Below are positions 1 through 14,400 of a stretch of 64,000 bases of DNA, one piece after another. A program made the position numbers and the translations under genes. The notes beneath the pieces were generated by a model. It was not told where the DNA came from, did not search any database, and saw nothing but the letters and a program-made list of their open reading frames with translations. Positions within the stretch are counted from its first letter, which is position 1; each line of letters begins with the position of its first letter. The DNA comes from the human T2T-CHM13v2.0 reference genome, Homo sapiens, in assembly GCF_009914755.1 (NCBI RefSeq), contig NC_060935.1, one strand, 5' to 3'.

Positions 1-3000
1 CAAACTGCTGAATGAAATGAAAGTTATAACTCTGAGAGGTGAATGCCAACATCATAAAAGGGTTTCTCAGATAGTTTCCTGCTAGTTTTTATCCTGGGTT
101 ATTCAGTATTTCCCCTATGGCCTCAATGAGCTATAAAATCTTCCTTCACAGATTCTACAAAAACAGTGTTTCCAAAGTGGTTAATCTAATGAAAGTTTTA
201 ACTCTGTGAGATGAATGCACACATCGCAAAGCAGTTTCTTAGAAAGCTTCATTCCGGTTTTTTTCTGAAGATATTTCCTTTTTCACCTTAGGCCTCAATG
301 CACACCCAAATATTTCTTCACAGATTCTGCCAACACAGTGTTTCTAAACAGCTGAATGAAAAGAAAAGTTTACCTCTCTGAGATGAATGCACACTTCACA
401 AAGCAGTTTCTCAGATAGAGTTCTTCTAGTTTTTATATTGGGATATTCGCTTTTTTCCCTATGGCCTCAATGAACTACAAAATATAACATTGCAGATTCT
501 ACAAAAACAGTGTTTCCAAACTGCTGAATCCAAAGAATGCTTTAAGTCTGTGGCATGTATGCAAACATCACAAAGAAATTTGTTGGAATGATTCTTTCTA
601 CTTTTTATTTGAAGATATTTCCTATTTTACCACAGGCCTCAATGCACTCCTAAATATTCCTTTGCAGATTCTATGAAAAGAATGTTTCCAACCTGCCAAA
701 TGAAAAGGAAATTTAACTCTGTAAGATTAAGGCACACATGACAAACTGGTTTCTCAGAGAGTTTCCTTCTAATTTTTATCCTGAGATATTCACTTTTTTG
801 CCTTTGACCTCAATGAGCTACCAAATGTCCATTTGAAGAATGAACAAATACAGTGTTGCCAAAATGCCGAGCCCAAAGAAAAGTTTAACTCTATGAGACG
901 AATGCATACATCACAAAGCAGTTTCCCAGGAAGATTCTTTCTAGTTTTTATCTGAAGATATTTCCTTTTTCACCATTGGCATCAATGTTCTAGCAAATAT
1001 CCCTTCACAGATTCTACCAAAACAATGTTTCCAAACTGCTGAATAAAAAGAAATGTTTAATTTTGCGAGATGAAAGCACACATCACAAAGAAGTTTCTCA
1101 GATAGCCTGTTTCTAGTTTTTATCCTGGGATATTCACTTTTTTGCGTTTGGCATCAGAGAGCTCCCAAATTATTCCAGAAGAGTTTACATACTACAGAAT
1201 CCAAAGAAAAGTTCAACTTTGTAAAATGAATACACACATCACAAAGCAGTTTCTCAGAAAGCTTCTTTCCAGTATTTATCTGAAGATATTTCCTTTTTCA
1301 TCATGGGCCTCTATGCACTCCCAAATATCCCTTCCCAGATACTATCCAAACACAGTTTCTAAACTGCTGAATAAAAAGAAAGGTTTATCTCTGTGAGAAG
1401 AATGGACACATAGCAAAGAGGTTTCTCAGATTGGTTTCTTCCAGTGTTTATACTGGGATATTTCCTTTTTTGCATTTGGCCTCAATGACCTCCAAAATGT
1501 CCATTGGCAGCATGGACAAAAACAGTGTTTCCAAACTGCTCAATCCAAAGAACTGGTTTAATCGGTGAGATGAATGCACACATCACAAAGCAGGTTGTCA
1601 GAAAGCTTATTTCTAGTTTTTATCTGAAGATATTTCCTTTTTCACCATAGGCCTCATTGTGCTCCCAAATATCCCTTCGCAGATTCTACAAAAACAGTGT
1701 CTCCAAACTACTGAACCTAAAGAAGGGTTTAATGCTGTGACATGAATGCAAACATCACAAAGCAGTTTTTCAGAAAGCTTCTTTCTCATTTTTATCTGAA
1801 GATATTTCCTTTTTCACCATAGGCCTCATTGCACTCCCAAATATCCCTTCGCAGATTCTACAAAAACAGTGTTTCCAAACTACTGAACCTAAAGAAAGGT
1901 TTAATGCTGTGACATGAATGCAAACATCACAAAGCAGTTTTTCAGAAAGCTTCTTTCTCGTTTTCTTCTGAAGATATTTCCTTTTTCACCATAAGCCTCA
2001 ACACACTCTCAAATGTCCCTTGGTAGATACTACCAAAACAGTGTTTCCAAATTGCTGAATGAAAAGAAAGGTTTAACTCTGTAAGATGAATGCACACATC
2101 ACAAAGCAGTTTCTCAGAAATCTTCTTTTGAATATTTATCTGAAGATAATTCCTTTTTCACCATAGGGGTCAATGTGCTCCCAAATATCCCTTTGCTGAT
2201 TCTACAAATACAGTATTTCCAAACTGCTGAATTCAAAGAAATGTTTAACTCTGTGAGATGAAAGCACACATCACAAAGTGGTTTCTCAGAAAGCTTCCTT
2301 CTAGTTTTTATCCATGCATATTCACTTTTACACCTTAGGCCTCAATGAGCTCCCAAATATCACTTCAAGTATTCTACGCAAACAAAATTTCCAAACTACT
2401 GAATCCAAAGAAATTTAACACTGGAAGATGAATGCACACATCACAAAGCAATTTCTCAGAAAATTTCTTTCTTTTTTTCATCTGAAGATATTTCCCTTTT
2501 CACCATAAGCCCAAATGCACTCCCAAATATCCCTTCACATATACTACCAAAACACTGTATCCTAACACCTGAATGAAAAGAAAAAATTATCTGTGAGAGG
2601 TGAATGCACACATCACAAAGTGGTTTCTCAGATAGATAGCTTCCTTCTAGTTTTTATCCTGGGAATTTAGTTTCTTCACCTGCGGACTCAACGGCCTCTC
2701 AAATGTCCATTCACAGAATTGGCAAAAAAAAATTTCCAAACTGCTGAATCCAAAGAAATGTTTAATTCTTTGAGATGAATGCACACATCACAAAGCAGTT
2801 TTTCAGAAAGCTTCTTTCTAGTTTTTATCTGAAGATATATCCTTTTTCACCATAGGCATCAATGTGCTCCCAAATATCCCTTTGCAGATTCTACAAAAAC
2901 AGTGTTTACAAACAACTGAATCCACAGAAAGTTTTAAATCTGTGAGATGAATGCACACATCACAAAACAGTTTCTCAGATAGCTTCCTTCTATTTTTTAT

Positions 3001-6000
3001 TCTGGGATATTTGCTCTTTCATCATTGGCCCCAATGAACTCCCAATTGCCCATTCACAGAATGAACAAAAACAGTGTTTCCAAACTGCTGAATCCACAGA
3101 AAGGTTTAGCTCTGTGAGATGAATGCACACATCAAAAGGCAGTTTCTCAGAAAGCATATTTCTAGTTTTTATCTGAATATATTTCCTTTTTCACCAGAGG
3201 CCTCAGTGTGCTCCCAAATGTCCCTTCATAGATTCTGCAAAAACAGTGTTTCCAAACTGCTGCATGAAAAGAAAGTTTTAACTCAGTGAGATGATTGCAG
3301 ACATAACAATGTTTTTTCTTGGGTAGCTTCCTTCCAGTTTTTATTGTGGGATATTCACTCTTTCTCCATTAGCCTCAAGGAGCTCCCCATTTCTGCAAAT
3401 GGACAAAAACACTGTTTCCAAACTGCATACTTTGATCCAAAGAAATGTTGAATTCTGTTAGTTGAAAGCACACATCACAAAGCAGTTTCTCAGAAAGCTT
3501 CTTTCTAGTTTTTATCTGAAAATATTTCCTTTTTCAACATGGGCTTCAATGTGCTCCCAAATATCCCTTCACAGATTCTGCCAAAACGTGTTTCCAAAGT
3601 GCTGAATCCCAAGAAACTTTTCTCAGAAACTTCTGTCAAGTTTTTGTCTGAGGATATTTCCTTTTTTGACTTTCACATCAATGACCTCCCAAATATCCCC
3701 TCACAGATTCTACAAGAGCATTGTTTCCAAGCTGCTGAATCCAAAGAAAGACTTAACTGTGTGGGATGAATGCACACATCACAAAGCAGTTTCTCAGAAA
3801 GCTTCTTTCTAGTTTTTATCTGCACATATTTCTTTTTTCACCATAGGCTCAATACGCTCCCAAAAATCCCTTTGCAGATCTGTCAAAACAGTTTTTCCAA
3901 ACTGCTGAGTGAAAAGAAAATTTTAACACTGAGAGATGAATGCACACATCACAAAGCAGTTTCTCAAATAGCTTCCTTCTAGTTTTTATCCTAGAATATT
4001 TGCTTTTTTGCCATTGGCCTGAAAAACTCCTCAATGTCCATTCTCAGAATGGACACAAACAGTGTTTCCAAGCTCCCGAATTTAAAGAATAGATTAACTG
4101 TGCGATGAATGCATGCATCACAAAGCAGTTAATCCAAAAGCTGTTTTCTTGTTTTTATATGAAGATATTTCCTTTTTCACCACAGACCTCAATGTGCTCC
4201 AAAATATCCCTTTCAGATTCAACAAATACCGTGTTTTCAAACTGCTGAATGAAAAGAAATGTTTAACTGTGTGAGATGAATGCACACATCACAAAGCCAT
4301 TTCTCAGAAAGCTTCCTTCTAGTTACTACCCATCAGTATTCACTTTTTCTTATTTGGGCTGGATGAGCTCCCAAATATCTTTTCGCAGACTCTACACAAA
4401 CAGTGTTTCAAAAAACTGAATCCAAAGAAATTTTAACTCTGTGAGATGAATGCACACATCACAAAGCAGTTTCTCAGAAAATTTCTTTCTTGTTTTCATC
4501 TGAAGATATTTCCTTTTTCACCATATGCTCCAATGTTCTCCCAAATATACCTTCGCAGATACTACCAAAATAGTGTATCCTAACTGTTGAATGAACAGAA
4601 AGGTTTAACTCTACAAGATGAATGCACACATCACAAAGCAATTTCTCGATAACTTCCTTCTAGTTTTTATCCTGGGATATTTGCTTTTTCACCTTTGGCC
4701 TCAATGAGCCGTTTAATATTCCTTCACAGATTCTACATAAACAGTGTTTCCAAATTGCTGAATCCAAAGAAAGGTTTAATTCTTTGTTATGAATGCACAC
4801 ATAACATAGCAGTTTTTCAGAAAGCTTCTTTCTAGTTTATCTGAAGACATTTTCTTTTTCACCATAGCCTCAACTAGCACCCAAATGTCCCTTCACAGAT
4901 TCTACAAAACGTGTTTCCAAACTGCTGAATGGAAAGTAATGTTTAACTTGACAACACGAATGCACACATCACAAAGTAGGTTATCAGATCTTTCTTCTAC
5001 AGGATAAATACTCCAGTATTTATCCTGGAATATTCACTTTTTTGCCTTTGACCTCGAAGACCTCCCAAATGTCCATTTGCAGAATGGACAAAAACAGTGT
5101 TTCCAAACTGCTGAATCCAAAGAAATTTTTAACTCTGCAAGATGAATGCTGACATCACAAAATGGTTTCTCAGGTAGCTTCCTTCCAGTTTTTATGCTGG
5201 GATATTCGCTCTTTCACCATTAGCCTCAAGGAGCTCCCAAATGTCCATTCAAATAATGGACAAAAACAGTGTTTCCAAACTGTAAACTGCGAACCCAAAG
5301 AAAGGTTTAACTCTGGGAGATGAAAGCACACATCACAAAGCAGTTTCTCAGAAAGCTTCTTCTTAGTTTTTATTGGAAGATATATCCTTTTTCAATATAG
5401 GCCTCCAGGTGGTCCCAAAAATACCTTTGCAGATTCTACAAAAACTGTGTTTACAAACTGTTGAATGAAAAGAAATATTTAATTCTGCTAGATGAATGCA
5501 AAAATCACAATTGGGTTTCTCAGATAGGATCCTTCCAGTTTTTATCCTGGGATATTTGCTTTTTTGACTTTAGCTTCAATGAGTACTGAAATATCCCTTT
5601 GTGTATTCTACAACAACAGTGTTTCCACATTGCTGAATCCAAAGAAAGATTTACCTCTTTGAGATGAATGGACATTTGAGAAATCATTTTCTCAGATAGC
5701 TTCCTTCTAGTTTTTATCTTGGGATATTCACTTTTTTGCCATTGGCCTCAATGAGCTCCCAAATGTCCATTTTCAGAATGAACAAAAACAGTGTTACCAA
5801 ACTGCTGAATCCAAGGAAAGGCTTAACTCTGTGAGGTGAATGCACACATCACAAAGCAGTTTCTCAGAAACCTTCTTTCTAGTTTTTATCTGAAGATATT
5901 TCCTTTGTCACCATAGGTCTCAGTGCTCTGCCAAATATCTCTTCCCAGATTCTACCAAAATAGCGTTTCCAAACCTCTGAATGAAAAGAAAGATTTAACT

Positions 6001-9000
6001 CACTGCGTGAATGTACACATCACAAGGTGGTTTCTCAGACAGCTTCTTTCTAGTTTTTAGCCTGGTATAATCACTTTTTCCTTTGTGGACTCAATGAGCT
6101 ATCAAATATCCTTCACAGATTCTACAAAAACAGTGTTTCCAAACTACTGAATCCAAAGAAAGGTTTAATGCTGTGAGATGAATTCACACATCATAAAGCC
6201 ATTTCTCAGATAATTTCTTTCTAGTTTTATCTGAAGATTTTTTTTTCACCATAGACCTCAATGCACTCTGAAGTATCCCTACACAGACCCTACCAAAATA
6301 GTGTTTCCAAACTTTTGAATGAAAAGTAATGTTTAACTCTGTGAGATGAATGCACATATCATAAGGACTTTCTCAGATATCTTCCTTCTCGTTTTTATCC
6401 TGGGATATTCACTTTTTAGCCTATAGCTTCAAAGAGCTGTCAAATATCCCTTCACAGATTCTACAAAAACAATGTTTCCAAACTGCTATATCCAAAGAAG
6501 AAAAGTTAAACACTGTGAAATGAAGGCACATATCACAAAGCAGTTTCTCAGAAATCTTCTTTCTAGTTTTCATCTGAAGATATTTCCTTTTTCACCATAG
6601 GCCTCAATGCTTTCTCAAATATCCCTTGGCAGATTGTACCAAAACAGTGTTTCCAAATTGCTGAATGAAAAGAAAGATTTAACTCTGTGAAATGAATGCA
6701 CACATCACAAAGCACTTTTTCATATAGCTTTCTCCTAGTGTTTATCCTGGGATATTCACTTTTTTGCCTTTGGTCTCAATGAGCTCCCAAATGTATATTC
6801 ACAGAATGGATAAAGACAGGGTTTCCAAACTACTAAATGAAACGGAAGTTTTTCATCTGTGAGATGAATGCCACATCACAAATCAGTTTCTCAGATATCT
6901 TCCCTCGAGTTTTTATCCAGGGATGTTTGCTTTTTCAAATTGACCTCAATGAGTTCCAAAATATCCCTTTGCAGATTCTACAAAATCAGTGATTCAAAAC
7001 GACTGGATGCAAAGAAATATTTAACTCTGTGACATAAATGCACACATCACAAAGCAGTTTCTCACAAAGCTTTTTTCTAGTTTTCATCTGAAGATATTTC
7101 TTTTTTCAACATACGCCTCAGTGTACTAACACATATCCCTTCACTGTTTCCACTAAACCATTCTTTCGAAACCACTGAATGAAAAGAAATTTGTATCTCT
7201 CCAAGATGAAAGCACACATTACAAATCCTTTTCTCAGATAGCTTCCTTCTAGTTTTTATCCTGGGATATTTGCCCTTTCTCCTCTTGCCACAGTGAGCTA
7301 TCTAATATCCTTTCACAGATTCTGCAAAAACAGTGTTTCCAAACTGCAGTATCCAAATAAAGGTTTAACTCTGTGAGATGAATGCACACATCACAGAGCA
7401 GTTTCTCAGAAAGCTTCCTTTGAGTTTTTTTTGAAGATATTTCCTTTTTCAACCTAGGCCTCAATGTGCTCCCCAGTATCCCTTCACAGATCCTATAAAA
7501 TCAGTGTTTCCAAACTACTGAACACAAAGTAAGATTTAACTCTGTGAATTGAATGCACACATCACAAAGCAGTTTCTTAGAAAGCTTTTTTGTAGTTTTC
7601 ATCTGAAGATATTTCCATTTTCACCATAGGCCTCAATGCGCTCCCAAATATCCCTTCATGGATTCTACTAAAACAGTTTCCAAACTGCTGAATGAAAAGA
7701 AATATTTAACTGTGTGAGATGAATGCACACATAACAATCGGTTTCTCAGATAACTTCCTTCTAGTTTTTATCATGGGATATTCACATTTTTGCCATTTGC
7801 CACAATGAGTTCCCAAATGTCCATTCGCAGAAGGGACAAAAACAGTTTTTCCACACTGCTAAATCCGAGGAAAGTTTTAACTCTATGAATTGAATGCACA
7901 CATCACAAAGCAGTTTGTCAGAAAGCTTCTTTCTAGTTTTTATCTGAAGATATTTCCTTTTTCAACCTAGGCCTCAATGTGCTCCCAAATATCCATTCGC
8001 AGATCCTACAAAATCAGTGTTTCCAAACTATTGAATACAAAGAAAGCTTTAAGTCTGTGAGATGAATGCACACATCACAAAGTAGTTTCTTAGAAAGCTT
8101 TTTTCTAGTTTTCATCTGAAAAGTTTTCCTTTTTCACCATAGGCCTCAATGAGCTCCCAAATATCCCTTTATGGATTCTACCAAAACAGTGTTTCCAAAC
8201 TGCTGAATGAAAAGGAAGGTTTAACTCTGTGAGATGAATGCACACATCACAAACGGTTTCTCAGATAACTTCCTTCTAGTTTTTATCATGGGATATTCAC
8301 TTTTTCACCATTTGCCTCAATGAGTTCCCAAATATCCATTCGCAGAATGGACAAAAATAGTGTTTCCAAACTGCTGAATCCAAGGAAAGGTTTAACTCAG
8401 TGAGGTGAATGCACACATCCCCAAGCAGTTTCTCAGAAAGCTCCTTTCTAGTTTATATCTGAAGATATTCCTTTTTCACCAGAGTACTCAAAGCACTCCC
8501 AAATATCCCTTGAATATTCTACCAAAACAGAGTTTCCAAAATGCTTAATTAAAGGAAAGTTTTACTTCTGTGAGATGAATGCACACATCACAATGCAGTT
8601 TCTCAAATAGCATTCTTCTAGTTTTTATCCTGGCATATTCACATTTTCGCCATTGGCCTCAATGAGCTCTCAAATGTCCATTCACAGAATTGATAAAAAC
8701 AGTGTTTCCAAACTGCTGAATTGCAAAGAAAGTTTTAACTCTGTAGGGTGAATGCACACATCACAAAGCAGTTTCTCAGAATGCTTCTGTCTAGTTTTAA
8801 TATGAAGATATTTGTTTTTTTACCAGAGACCTCAATGTGCTCTGAAATATCCCTTTACAGATTGTATCAAAAGAGGTTTTCAAACAGCTGAATGAAAAGA
8901 AAGGTTTAATCCTGCAAGATGAACGCACACATCACAAGGGTGTTTCTCAGGTAGCTTCCTTCTAGTTTTTATCCTGGGAAATTCGCTTTTTCACCAATGG

Positions 9001-11426
9001 CCAGAATTAGCTCCCAAAACTCCTTTCACAGAATGGAAAAAAACAGTGTTTCTAAACGGCTAAATCCGAAGAATGGTTTAACTCTTTGAGAGGAATGCAC
9101 CCATCACAAAGCAGTTTCTTAGAAAGCTTCTTTTGAGTTTATCTGAAGATATTTCCTTTTTCACCATAGGCCTCAATGCACTTCCAAATATCCCTTCAGA
9201 GATTCTGCAAAAACAGTGTTTCCAACCTACTGAAAGAGAAGAAATTTTTATATCTGCTAGATGAATGCACACATCACAAAGCAGTTTCTCTGTTTCCTTT
9301 GAGTTTTTATCCAGGGATATTAACTTTTTTGCCTTCGGATTCAAAGAGCTCCCAAATTTTAATTCACAGATTCTACAAAAACAGTGTATCCAAACTACTG
9401 AATCCAAATAAATGTTTAAATCTGTGAGATGGATACACACATCACAAAGCATTTTCTCAGATAGCTTCCTTCTAGTTTTTATACTGGGATATACTCTTTT
9501 TTGCCATTGGCCTCCATGAGCTCCCAAGTTCCGCTTTGCAGAATATACACAAACAGTGTTTCTTAACTGCTGAATCCAAAGAAAGTTTTAAATCATTGAA
9601 CTGAATGCACGCATCACAAAGCAGTTTCTCAGAAATCTTCTTTCATGTTTTTTTCTTAAGGTGTTTCCTTTTTCACATTAGGCCCCACTGTGCTTCCAAA
9701 TATCCTTTGCAGGTTCTACAAAAACAGTGTTTCCAAACTGCTGACTAAAAAGAAAATTTTAAATCTGTGAGATCAATGCAAACATCATATGTCGGTTTCT
9801 CAGATAGTTTCCTTCTATTCTTTATCCAGGGATATTCGCTTTTTTGCCTTTGGCCTCAATGAGCTCAGAAATATCCCTTCGCAGATTCTACAAAAACAAT
9901 GTTTCCAAACTACTGATATCCAAAGAAAGGTTTATCTCTGTGAGAAGAAGGCACACATCACAAAGCAGTTTCTCAAAAAACTTCTTTATGGTTTTCATCT
10001 GAAGATATTTTCTTTTTCACGGTAGGTCTCAATGTGCTCCCAAATATACCTTTGCAGATTCTCCTAAAACAGTGTTTCCAAACTGCTGAATCCAAAGAAA
10101 GTTTTAAATCATTGAGATGAATGCACACATCACAAAGCAGTTTCTCAGAAATATTCTTTCTTGTTTTTATCTGAAGGTATTTCCTTTTCCACCATAGGCT
10201 CTTGTGCACTCTGAAATATGCCTTCACAGATTCTACTGAAACAGTGTTTCCAAATTGATGAATGAAAAGAAAGGTTTATCACTGTGAGATGAAGGCACAC
10301 ATCACAAAGCAGTTTCTCAGATAGCTTCCTTCTAGTATTTATCCTGAGATATTCACTTTTTCGCCTACGGCCTCAATGAGCTGTCAAATAACCCTTTGCT
10401 AATTCTACAAAAACAGTGTTACCAAACTGCTGAATCCAAAGAAAAGTTTAACTCTGTCAGATAAGTGCACACTGTACACATCACAAAGTAGTTTCTCAGA
10501 AAGTTTCTTTCTAGTTTTTACCTGATGATATTTCCTTTTTAAACATAGGCCTCTATGCAATGCCAAATATCCCTCCACAGATTCTACAAAAACACTGTTT
10601 CCAAATCACTGAATGAAAAGAAAGATTTAAATCTGTGAGATGAATGCACACATCACAAAGTGGTTTCTCAGAGACGATTGTTGTAGTTTTTAATCCTAGA
10701 ATATCCTCTTTTCTGCCATTGGCCTCAATGAGCTCCAAAATGTCTATTTGCAGAATAAACATAAACAGTGTTTCCAAACTGCTGAATCCTAGGAAAGGTT
10801 TAACTCTGAGGTGAATGCACACACAACAAAGGCTTTTCTCAGAAAGGTTCTATCTAGTTTTTATCTAAAGATATTTCCTTTTTCACCATGGACCTCAATG
10901 CACACCAAAATATCCCTTCACAGATTCTACCAAAACAGTGTTTCAAAACTGCTGAATGAGAAGAAAGTTTTAACTCTGTGAGATGAATGCACACTTCACA
11001 AAGCAGTTTCTCAGATAGCTTCCTTCTAGCTTTTATCCTGGGATGTTCTTTTTTTTGTATTTGGCCTCAAGGATCTCCCATTATCCCTTCGCAGATTCTA
11101 CAAAAACAGTGTTTCAAAACTGTGGAATGGAAAGAAAGCTTTAACTCCATAAGAAGAGTGCACACATCACAAAGCAGTTTCTCAGAAAACTTCTTTCTAA
11201 TTTTTACTGAAGATATTTCCTTTTTCACCATAGGCCTCAAAGTGCACCCAAATATCCCTTTGCAGACTCTACAAAAACAGTCTCCAAACTGAGGAATGAA
11301 AAGAATGGTTTACCTCTGTGAGATGAATTCACACATCACAAAGTGGTTTCTCAGATAGCTTCCTTCTAGTTTTTATCCTGGTGTATTTGCTTTATCACCT
11401 ATGGCCTCAATGAGCTCCAAAATATC
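1..11426 (-). repeat. Alpha satellite (ALR), diverged ancient monomeric/dimeric array, reverse orientation
   Basis: Tandem ~171-bp units (gtttccaaactgctgaat...aactctgtgagatgaatgcacacatcacaaagcagtttctcaga), the reverse complement of the usual alphoid consensus. Neighbouring monomers are visibly diverged. pJalpha-type box (ttcctttttcaccatag) is present. Confidence 0.97.
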
Positions 11427-14400
11427 TGTTTTTGTCCATTCTGCAAATGGACATTTGGGAGCTCATTGAGGCCAATGGCAAAAAAGTGAATATCCCAGTC
11501 TGAAACCTTGAAGGAATTTATCTGAGAAACCAACTCGTTGTGTGTGCATTCATCTCACAGAGTTCAACCTTTCTTTTCATTCAACAATTTGGAAATTCTT
11601 TTTTTGTAGAATCTGAGAAGGGATATTTGGGAGTGCATTGAGGCCTATGGTGAAAAAGGAAATATCTTCAGAGAAAAACTAGAAGGAACCTTTCTGAGAA
11701 ACAGCTTTGTGTTGTGTGCATTCACATAGCAAAGTTAAAACTTTTCTTTGGGTTCAGAATTTTGGTAACTCTGCTTTTGTAGGATTTGCAAAGGGATATA
11801 TGATATCTCATTGAGGCCATGGCCAAAAGAGTGAATAGCCCAGGATAAATACCAGAAGGAAGCTATCATACAAGCCATGGTGTGATGTGTTCATTCATCT
11901 CACAGTGATTAAACCTTTCTTTTCATTCATCAGTTTGGAAACACTGTTTCAGTAAAATCTATGAAGGGATATTTGGGAGCTCATTGAAGCCTATGGTGAA
12001 AAAGGAGATATCTTTAGATAAAAGCTAGAAAGAACCTTTCTGAGAAACTGCTTTGTGATGTGTGCATTCGTCTCACAGAGTTAAACCTTTCTTTGGATTC
12101 AGAAGTTTCAAAACACTCATTGTTTAGAATCTGTGAAGGGATATTTGATAAGTCTTTGAGGCTAAAAGGGAAAAAGGGAATATCCCAGGATAAAAACTAG
12201 AAGGAAGTTATCTGAGAAACCACCTTGTAGTGTGTACATTCATCTCACAGAGTTGAAACTTTCTTTTCATTCAGCAGTTTGGAAACATTTTTTTGGTAGA
12301 ATCTGCAAAAGTATATTTGGGAGTGCATTGAGGCCTATGGTTAAAAAGGAAATATGTTCAGATAAAAACTAGAAAGAAGCTTTCAGAGTAACTGCTTTGT
12401 GATGTGTGCAATCTTTCTTTGGATTCAGCAGTTTCAAAGACTGTTGTTGTAGAATTTGTGAAGGGAGAGTTGGGGGCTAATTGAGGCTATAGGGGAAAAA
12501 GTGAATATCCCATGATAAAAACTAGAAGGAAGCTATCTGGGAAACTGCCTTGTTATGTGTGCATTCATCTCGCAGAGTTAAACATTTCTTTTCACTCAGC
12601 AGTTTGGAAGCACTCTTTTGGTAGAATCAGCAAAGGGATATTTGGGAGCACTTTGAGATCTACAGTGAAAAAGAAAATATCTTCAGATTACAACTAGAAA
12701 GAAGCTTTCTGAGAAACTGCTTTGTGATGTGTGCATTCATCTCACAAAGATAAAACTTTTTTGGATTCAGCAGTTTGGAAACACTGTTTTTGTCAATTCT
12801 GCGAATGGGTATTTGGCAGCTCATTGAGACCAGTGGTGAAAAAGCAAATATTCCACGATAAAAACTAGAAAAACCTATCTAGGAAACGTTTTTGTGATTT
12901 GTGCAATAATTTCACAGTCATAAACCTTTCTTTTCATTAAGCAGTTTGGAAACACTGTTTGGGTAGAATCTGTGAGGGGATATTTGGGAGTGCATTGAGG
13001 CCTATGCTGAAAAAGGGAATACCTTCAGATAAAAAATAGAAAGGAACTTTCTGAACAACTGCTTTGTCATGTGTTCATTCGTCTCTCAGAGTTAAAACTT
13101 TGTATTCAGCAGGTTGGAAACACTGTTTTTGTAAAATCTGCAAAGGCAAATTTGATAGCTCATTAAGGACATAGGTGAAAAAGTGCATATCACAGGGAAA
13201 AAACTGGAAAGAAGCTATCTGAGACACCGCTTTGTGATGTGTGCATTCATCTCTCAGAGATAAACCTTTCTTTTCACTCAGCAGTTTGGAAACACTGTTT
13301 TCATAGAATCTGCAAAGGGATATTTGGGAGCGATTTGAGGCCTATGGGGAAAAAGGAAATATCTTCAGATGAAAAGTAGAAGCTTTCTGACAAACTGCTT
13401 TCTGATGTGCGCATTCATCTCACAGAGTTCAGTCTTTCTGTGAATTCAGTAGTGTGCAAACACTATTTTTGTCCTTTCTGAGAATGGACATTTGTGAGCT
13501 CTTTGAGGTCAATTGCAATAAAGGGAATATCCCAGGATGAAAACTGGAAGGAAGCTAACTGAGAAACCACTTTGTGATGTGTGCATTCACCTCGCAGAGA
13601 TAAAGTTTTCTGTTAATTCAGCAGTCTGGAAACACTGTTTGGGCAGAATCTACGAAGGGATACTTTGGAGCACATTGAGGCCTATGGTGAAAAAGAAAAT
13701 ATCTTCATATAAGAACTAGAAAGAATCTTTCTGAGAAACTGCTTTGTGATGCGTGCATTGATCTCACAGAGTTAAACATTTCTGTGGATTCAGCAGTTTG
13801 GAAATACTGTTTTTGTCTATTCTGCGAATAGACATTTCATAGCTCAATGTAGCCAATAGCAAAAAAGTGAATATTCCAGGATAAAAACTGGAAGGAATAT
13901 TTCTGAAAAACCTCGTTGTGATGTATGCATTCACCTCACAGAGTTAAACCTTTCTTTACATCCAGCAGTCTGGAAACCTTATTGTGGCACAATCCAGAAA
14001 GGGATATTTGGGAGTGTATTTAGGCCTATGGTGGAAAAAGAAATATCTTCAGATAAAAAGTAGAAAGAAGCTTTCTGAGAAACTGCTTTGTGATGTGTGC
14101 ATTCATCTCACAGATTTTAACCTTTCTGTGGATTCAGTAGTGTGCAAACACTGTTTTTCTCCATTCAGGGAATGGAAATTTGCAAGCTCTTTGAGGTCAA
14201 AGGCAAAAAAGAGAACACTTCAGGATAAAAAATAGAGGGAAGCTACCTGAGAAACTGCTTTGTGATGTGTGCATTCTTCTAACAGAGTTAAAACTTTCTT
14301 TTTATTCAGCTGTTTGTAAACACTGTTTTCCTAGGATCTGTGAAGGGATATCTGGGAATGCATTGAGACCTATGGTGAAAAGGAAATATCTTCAGATTAA

